A stretch of DNA of 64,000 nucleotides. Source: Nitrospirota bacterium (GTDB lineage: Bacteria > Nitrospirota > Thermodesulfovibrionia > Thermodesulfovibrionales > Dissulfurispiraceae). This document shows positions 59,099 to 64,000 of this stretch, one piece after another. The DNA lies in NCBI GenBank assembly GCA_963790025.1, contig CAWBMP010000004.1, positions 64,001-128,000 on the forward strand, in the 5' to 3' direction. Within the stretch, counting starts at the first letter, position 1. The number at the start of each line of letters is the position of its first letter. Made by a program: the position numbers and the translations under genes. A model generated the notes under the pieces. That model worked only from the letters and a program-made list of their open reading frames with translations, did not search any database and had not been told where the DNA came from.

Positions 59099-60901
59099 TT
59101 AACTTCCAGTTTGACACCACATACGCCATACATCCCTAACTGCCTGTGTCCACATTCGCGTAAATCGCTTACCATCACAAAGTGAAGATTTTTCCATACT
59201 GCAGCGCAAATTGCTCCTGAGTCGGGAAAGCATTTCCAGGTCTGATGCAGTTTTCAGAGCTATGTCTAAATATTCTTCTTTTGTTTTTGCAGTTAAATAT
59301 TGCAACCCAAGCTGGGCATTAATGCTTGCTCCCTGACGTCCAAGAGCAGTCTGTCCATATAACGTAACGACAGGAACTCCCATCCACAGCGAGTCACAAC
59401 TCGTAGTGCCGCCGCTAAAGGGGAATGGGTCCAACGATATATCTATTTCATTAAATGCGGCCAGATATTGATCGTGTGGCGATGACGGTAAGAAATCGAT
59501 TTGCTGAGGGTCTATGCCGTGTGTACAAAACAAATCCCGATAATACTTCATTGTCGGGTTATCACTCAACGACCTGTTTTTCAGAACAAGCCTCGATGCA
59601 GGCATCTTTCTTAACAGTTCACACCAGACACTTATCACCTCGTCATTGATTTTTGCCAGATTATTGAAACATCCAAATGTGATAAAACCCCTTGTCAGGA
59701 CCGGCGGGGGCCCAATCTGAGGCGCATATCCATGAGGGGCATAACACAGAAACCCATCGGGCAACCTGATTATTTTTTCCGTAAAATAAACTTCTTCTCC
59801 CTCCGGAATGCATACATTGTCCGACATCAAATAATCAATCGCGGAAAGCCCGGTAGTGCCTGCATAGCCTATCCATGAGATCTGAACAGGGGACGGCCTG
59901 AAGGCAAAGACAGGCAGCCGATTATTGGAAGTATGCCCGCCCAGATCAAACAAAATATCAATCGCGTCTCCGTGAATGAGTTGTGCCAGCGCCTCATCCG
60001 GCAAGCCAATGACCCGCCGCCAAATCCGCGCTGTTGACCTGATTCGGGCGGTCATCTCATCCTCTCTATTTGAATTTGAGTAGCAGATAACTTCCATCTC
60101 GCCGGGGTCAATATTTTCAAAAACACTGACAACAAAAAAACTGACCGGGTGCCGGTTCAGATCGGATGAAACAAATCCCAGACGCAGCGGGCGGTCCGGA
60201 TCGCAACTATTTAAGTGTGACTGCCGATTATAAAGTGCCCGGCCGAAAAGCCGGGCCCCGAATTCTTCATGCCATAGTTTGAGGTAAGCATTGTTTACGC
60301 CGGATTGATATTGCAATGCCAATAAAAGATTGCTGTGTGCCTCGTTGAAATCGGGTTTCAAAGACAGAGCACGGCGATAACAGGCTATTGATTCCTCAAG
60401 CCGCCCCTGAGCGTTAAGCGCATTGCCCAGATTGTTATGGGCTAAATGAAAATCCGGTTTTAGGGACAGAGCACGGCGGTAACAGGCTGTTGCTTCCTCA
60501 AGCTGTCCCTTTCCCTGCAAAGCCAGGCCAAGGTTGTTGTGTGCCTCGGGAACTTTAGGATTTAAGGATAAAGCACGTTTGTAACGCGCTATTGCTTCGT
60601 CCAATTTATTGAGGGCCCTATAGGCTTCGCCGGCATTAGTATAAAAAGATGCTGCCATTGGCTTTAGTGCTATCGCTTTTTCAATAAACTCGATCGCCTC
60701 TTCGTTTTTTCCGGCTCTTAGGGCCATAACTCCGAGCAAATGCAATGCATCGGCATTGTTTTTGTCCACGCGCAATACTTGATTATAAATATCTTCCGCT
60801 TGTTGCAACTCCCCCTTCTGATGGTGCCTTACGGCTGATTGCAGGGCATCGGAAATATTGAAGGATTGCTTCTGGCTGCTACTTTTTATTTTTTTTACCA
60901 T
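59099..60901 (-). CDS. TPR + GT41 (O-GlcNAc transferase / SPINDLY-like) glycosyltransferase
   Basis: About 5 TPRs, LRLGFVSSDLNRHPV, IDILFDLGGHT, PVQISWIGY, FGCFNNLAK, LDPFPFSGGTT, WMGVPVVTL. Confidence 0.92.
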   Translation of the reverse strand: MVKKIKSSSQKQSFNISDALQSAVRHHQKGELQQAEDIYNQVLRVDKNNADALHLLGVMALRAGKNEEAIEFIEKAIALKPMAASFYTNAGEAYRALNKLDEAIARYKRALSLNPKVPEAHNNLGLALQGKGQLEEATACYRRALSLKPDFHLAHNNLGNALNAQGRLEESIACYRRALSLKPDFNEAHSNLLLALQYQSGVNNAYLKLWHEEFGARLFGRALYNRQSHLNSCDPDRPLRLGFVSSDLNRHPVSFFVVSVFENIDPGEMEVICYSNSNREDEMTARIRSTARIWRRVIGLPDEALAQLIHGDAIDILFDLGGHTSNNRLPVFAFRPSPVQISWIGYAGTTGLSAIDYLMSDNVCIPEGEEVYFTEKIIRLPDGFLCYAPHGYAPQIGPPPVLTRGFITFGCFNNLAKINDEVISVWCELLRKMPASRLVLKNRSLSDNPTMKYYRDLFCTHGIDPQQIDFLPSSPHDQYLAAFNEIDISLDPFPFSGGTTSCDSLWMGVPVVTLYGQTALGRQGASINAQLGLQYLTAKTKEEYLDIALKTASDLEMLSRLRSNLRCSMEKSSLCDGKRFTRMWTQAVRDVWRMWCQTGS

Positions 60902-60984
60902 GCATTCCGTATAGACTTCACTGCAAATACTGTCTTAGTGTCTGTTTTATTTTAGCCACAATAAAAGCTCTTTCGACCCTTGCT

Positions 60985-61407
60985 TCACTTCAATTTCTTC
61001 CCCCTGCGCATATCTTCCGGTGATATCCGGGTAACGGAATCGAAAGCATTTTTGTAGTCCTCGACATTCCACTGCCATGCCTCTTCGATTTCATAAGCGG
61101 TGTTGTAGTTGATCCATATCAAATAGTCCCATTCGTAATTTGCGGCTTTTGGGACCTTCGTGACCGTGCTCTCTGGCTTACCACCCGGACGGGTTCCTTT
61201 GACTTGATATCTCTTACCGGCATATACAAAGTCAGCTCCCCTGGAAACCGCTGTCCTGTCCTGCATGAAGCAGGAATAATCTTCTTCGGAGCATCCTGCA
61301 AGGAGTGCCGCATCGTATTCAGATAAGGCCGACGTTATTGCCGGAGCTACCCCGAAAAGCCGTTGCCATCCTAATGCCGTTGAGACCAATTTTTGTCTTA
61401 TATCCAT
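60985..61407 (-). CDS. Hypothetical protein with PD-(D/E)xK-like motifs
   Basis: SEYDA...GADF...YQVKG; overlaps the upstream gene by 10 bp. Confidence 0.6.
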   Translation of the reverse strand: MDIRQKLVSTALGWQRLFGVAPAITSALSEYDAALLAGCSEEDYSCFMQDRTAVSRGADFVYAGKRYQVKGTRPGGKPESTVTKVPKAANYEWDYLIWINYNTAYEIEEAWQWNVEDYKNAFDSVTRISPEDMRRGKKLK

Positions 61408-61973
61408 TTTCCGCCTCCGTGGTACAAATTCAGGATGTGACCGAGGACCTCACTTAGGCTTGAATACAGTCCGAATCTATTATCTGCATATTCTCTGTTC
61501 CACGGAAATAACAATCCCATAGCCTTCACCCCATTCTCAACTGCCCTTCCCAATACCTCCGGGTGATCATCTACTACAACATAAGTAGATGTAGTAATCA
61601 ATCTGGTTTTTTGAAAGGAAAGGTGGAGATCATCATACACAAGGCCGTGCTTACTAAGCCATCTCTCAGTTGGCTCTCTATAATCGGGTGACCTATGACT
61701 TGCTATGGTGATATGGAAGCCGTTTTCCCTTAAAGAAGCAAGAAATTCCTTCGCGTCGGGATAAGGCAAAAAATTGTCGCTGTCCTGTTTGGCATGTATC
61801 GCGTTAACTGCTCCATAAAACTCTTCTTTTGAACAATATCCTTCCCATATGTCCCATTGTGTCCAGGCATCGATGGGAGGAAAATTCTTGTTTATCTTAA
61901 GCAGTTCAACGTAGAAAGGATCGCAAAACCGCCACAGAGTATTGTCTATGTCAACTATCGCGTTCTTATTCAT
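61398..61973 (-). CDS. HAD phosphatase, 5'(3')-nucleotidase-like
   Basis: VDIDNTL, IASHR, TERWL, VVDDHP, FPWN. Confidence 0.8.
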   Translation of the reverse strand: MNKNAIVDIDNTLWRFCDPFYVELLKINKNFPPIDAWTQWDIWEGYCSKEEFYGAVNAIHAKQDSDNFLPYPDAKEFLASLRENGFHITIASHRSPDYREPTERWLSKHGLVYDDLHLSFQKTRLITTSTYVVVDDHPEVLGRAVENGVKAMGLLFPWNREYADNRFGLYSSLSEVLGHILNLYHGGGKWI

Positions 61974-62098
61974 CGGAACTCCATCCTCAATATTATAACT
62001 GACTAAATCAATGTTAAAATAGCAAAAAAAGCTGTTAGAGGCTCTTTATCTGATTATTCTTACTTGGTACTACTTGAAAGTCAATCACTTGAGGAATA

Positions 62099-62137
62099 GA
62101 GCGGGCGACGGGATTCGAACCCGCGACCCCCAGCTTG
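62099..62137 (-). pseudogene. 3' half of a tRNA (Gly-like), att-site-like remnant
   Basis: CAAGCTGGGGGTCGCGGGTTCGAATCCCGTCGCCCGCTC; no matching 5' acceptor or D arm upstream. Confidence 0.75.
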
Positions 62138-62260
62138 AGAAGTTACAGTGGCAGCTATTATATCTTCTAAATACAATGCGGTTTGATTAGATCAAACTAT
62201 AACACTAATTTTACACCCTTTTACGTATAATAATCGAAGGGAACACCATTGGGAAAATTC

Positions 62261-64000
62261 ATGACAGAACAGCTTTATAACAGCAGGGTAATCAATACTT
62301 TTATCAAGTTCATAAAAAATCGTTACAGCTACGTCGATGTTAATGAGCTTCTGAAATATTCGAATATGGAACCATATCAGGTAGAGGATGAGGGACATTG
62401 GTTCACACAGGAACAGGTCAATCTCTTTCATGACCGGCTTGTGAAACTGACCGGCAACGAACATATCGCGCGCGACTCTGGCAGGTATGCCGCCTCTCCC
62501 GACGCTATCGGGGTATTGAGACAGTACGTACTCAGCATGGCGAGTCCGAAATTAACATATGAACTGATAGGCAAGGTCGCCACGAATTTTACGCACGATG
62601 CCGTATACAAGTCCAAATCCGTAGCCGGCAATAAGGTGGAACTTACGGTAACTCCAAAGGAGGGGGTCAATGAAAAACCCTTTCAGTGCGAAAACAGGAT
62701 AGGTCATATGGAGGCGGTACCATTGCTATTTGGACAAAAGAACTTTGCTGATATAGAGCATCCGGAATGCATCTTTAAGGGTGACAAAGTCTGCCGATAC
62801 ATTATTAGTTGGCAGTCGACCCCATCCGATTTTATGAAACGAGTTCGCAATTCATCGCTTCTGGCGCTTTCACTGGCATGTATTTCCGGGCTCATTATTT
62901 ATCCTCGCTTCACTATTTCCGCTCTTATTCCTGTGTCGGCCGTTGCGATATTAGTTATAAGCCTCATCGTCAAACAACTCGAGAAAAAGGAACTGGTCGC
63001 TGCGCTTGGACATGTCCGGGGGTCGGTTGACCAGCTAATGGAACAAATAAACACGAATTACAGAAATGCACTGGTTGTAAAGGACATAGGTCATGCGCTG
63101 AGTAAACAGATGTCTACAGAAGATATACTCGAAAGCTTTGTCAAGGTGCTGCAAAAAAGGCTGGACTTCGGGCGTGGTATGATAATGCTTGCTAATCCAG
63201 AGAAAAGTATTCTCTATTTTCGCACAGGCTTCGGTTATACCCAGGATCAATATGCACTATTGAAAAACACCACCTTCCATCTCGATAACAAAGAATCCCG
63301 CGGAGTATTCGAACATGCTTTCCATGAGCAGAAGCCGTTTTTAATCAACAATGTCGAGCATATGACCAATTCTCTTCCAGCCCGCAGCCTTCAGTTCGTA
63401 AAGGACATAGGTACAAAATCTTTCATTTGCTGTCCAATCATATATGAAGGAGAGTCGGTTGGCGTGCTTGCAGTGGACAATCTCAACGTCAAACGCCAGC
63501 TTGTGCAAAGCGATCTCAATTTGCTTATGGGAATTGCGCCCGAAATCGGTATCAGCATTCATAACTCAAACCTGATAGCAGAGAAGGCTTTTAATGAACG
63601 GTTATCCATACTCGGATCCACTGCCGCGGCCCTGGCCCATGAAATCAGGAATCCCCTTGCAGCCATAAAGACTTTTGCGCAGCTATTGCCTGAAAAAAGA
63701 CACGACGATGAATTCTACGCTTCTTTCAACGCCATTGTACCACCGGAAATCGAGCGCATAAATCGGTTGATAACCCAGCTTCTAGAATTTGCAAAAACTC
63801 CTCGTCCTGAAAGCGCCATGAGAATAATGTCGCTCGCAGCCCCTCTCAAAGAATGTTCTTCGTTACTCTCTGAACAGTTAAGAAAGGCGGGTATTACATT
63901 CAACACATACTTCCGTAACTCCGACATTTATATCATGGGGGATGCAGATCAACTCAAACAGGCTTACCTGAATATTATGACAAACAGTCAACAGGCTATG
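62261..64000 (+). CDS. Membrane sensor histidine kinase with V4R/H-NOX-like N-domain and GAF (partial at right edge)
   Basis: Not in the ORF track. Open from ATG 62261 to the window end: FQCENRIG...HPEC..KGDKVCRY, two TM helices, GAF (FICCPIIYEGESVGVLAVDN), LAHEIRNPL in frame. Confidence 0.88.
   Translation, partial: MTEQLYNSRVINTFIKFIKNRYSYVDVNELLKYSNMEPYQVEDEGHWFTQEQVNLFHDRLVKLTGNEHIARDSGRYAASPDAIGVLRQYVLSMASPKLTYELIGKVATNFTHDAVYKSKSVAGNKVELTVTPKEGVNEKPFQCENRIGHMEAVPLLFGQKNFADIEHPECIFKGDKVCRYIISWQSTPSDFMKRVRNSSLLALSLACISGLIIYPRFTISALIPVSAVAILVISLIVKQLEKKELVAALGHVRGSVDQLMEQINTNYRNALVVKDIGHALSKQMSTEDILESFVKVLQKRLDFGRGMIMLANPEKSILYFRTGFGYTQDQYALLKNTTFHLDNKESRGVFEHAFHEQKPFLINNVEHMTNSLPARSLQFVKDIGTKSFICCPIIYEGESVGVLAVDNLNVKRQLVQSDLNLLMGIAPEIGISIHNSNLIAEKAFNERLSILGSTAAALAHEIRNPLAAIKTFAQLLPEKRHDDEFYASFNAIVPPEIERINRLITQLLEFAKTPRPESAMRIMSLAAPLKECSSLLSEQLRKAGITFNTYFRNSDIYIMGDADQLKQAYLNIMTNSQQAM

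Noticed and set aside
9375..59649. Many plus-strand ORFs of 60-260 aa within the flagellar region
   Set aside because: They fully overlap well-supported minus-strand genes and show no recognisable motifs.
62099..62175. Intact tRNA gene
   Set aside because: No 5' acceptor strand or D arm; only the 3' half is present.
62192..63927. Short ORFs listed at the right end
   Set aside because: They overlap the long plus-strand kinase ORF starting at 62261.

Overview
This ~47% GC bacterial window resembles Nitrospirota/Desulfobacterota-like organisms (inferred from gene content and order only). Left end (1-9.4 kb): housekeeping genes, namely partial pdxJ, a short class II ribonucleotide reductase, an HD protein, a TPP-riboswitch-controlled thiSGEC operon, and greA-pyrK-pyrD-DUF62. 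Middle (9.4-61 kb, all minus strand): one flagellar/chemotaxis supercluster. It holds a TPR-GT41 glycosyltransferase, a FleQ-like activator, a TPR protein, a FleS/FleR-like pair, flgB-fliJ, motE-like, fliK, flgD, two flgE-like genes, fliL-flhG, fliA, HEAT-cheR-RR-cheY-cheA-cheW/cheZ fusion-cheB-HDOD, flgF-flgL, csrA and fliW. No flagellin, fliD, motAB or MCP genes are in the window. Sigma54 and sigma28 promoters, IHF sites and two candidate enhancer motifs are readable. Right end: a HAD phosphatase plus nuclease-like gene pair, a tRNA-Gly 3' remnant and a partial sensor kinase. The most striking unexplained signal is about 28 elements built from short (6/7/8-bp) degenerate tandem repeats, usually as two inverted arms. 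They sit at many gene junctions and also lie in frame inside proteins, encoding six signal peptides, the CheA linker and a PyrK insert; some enclose a REP/MITE-like cargo.
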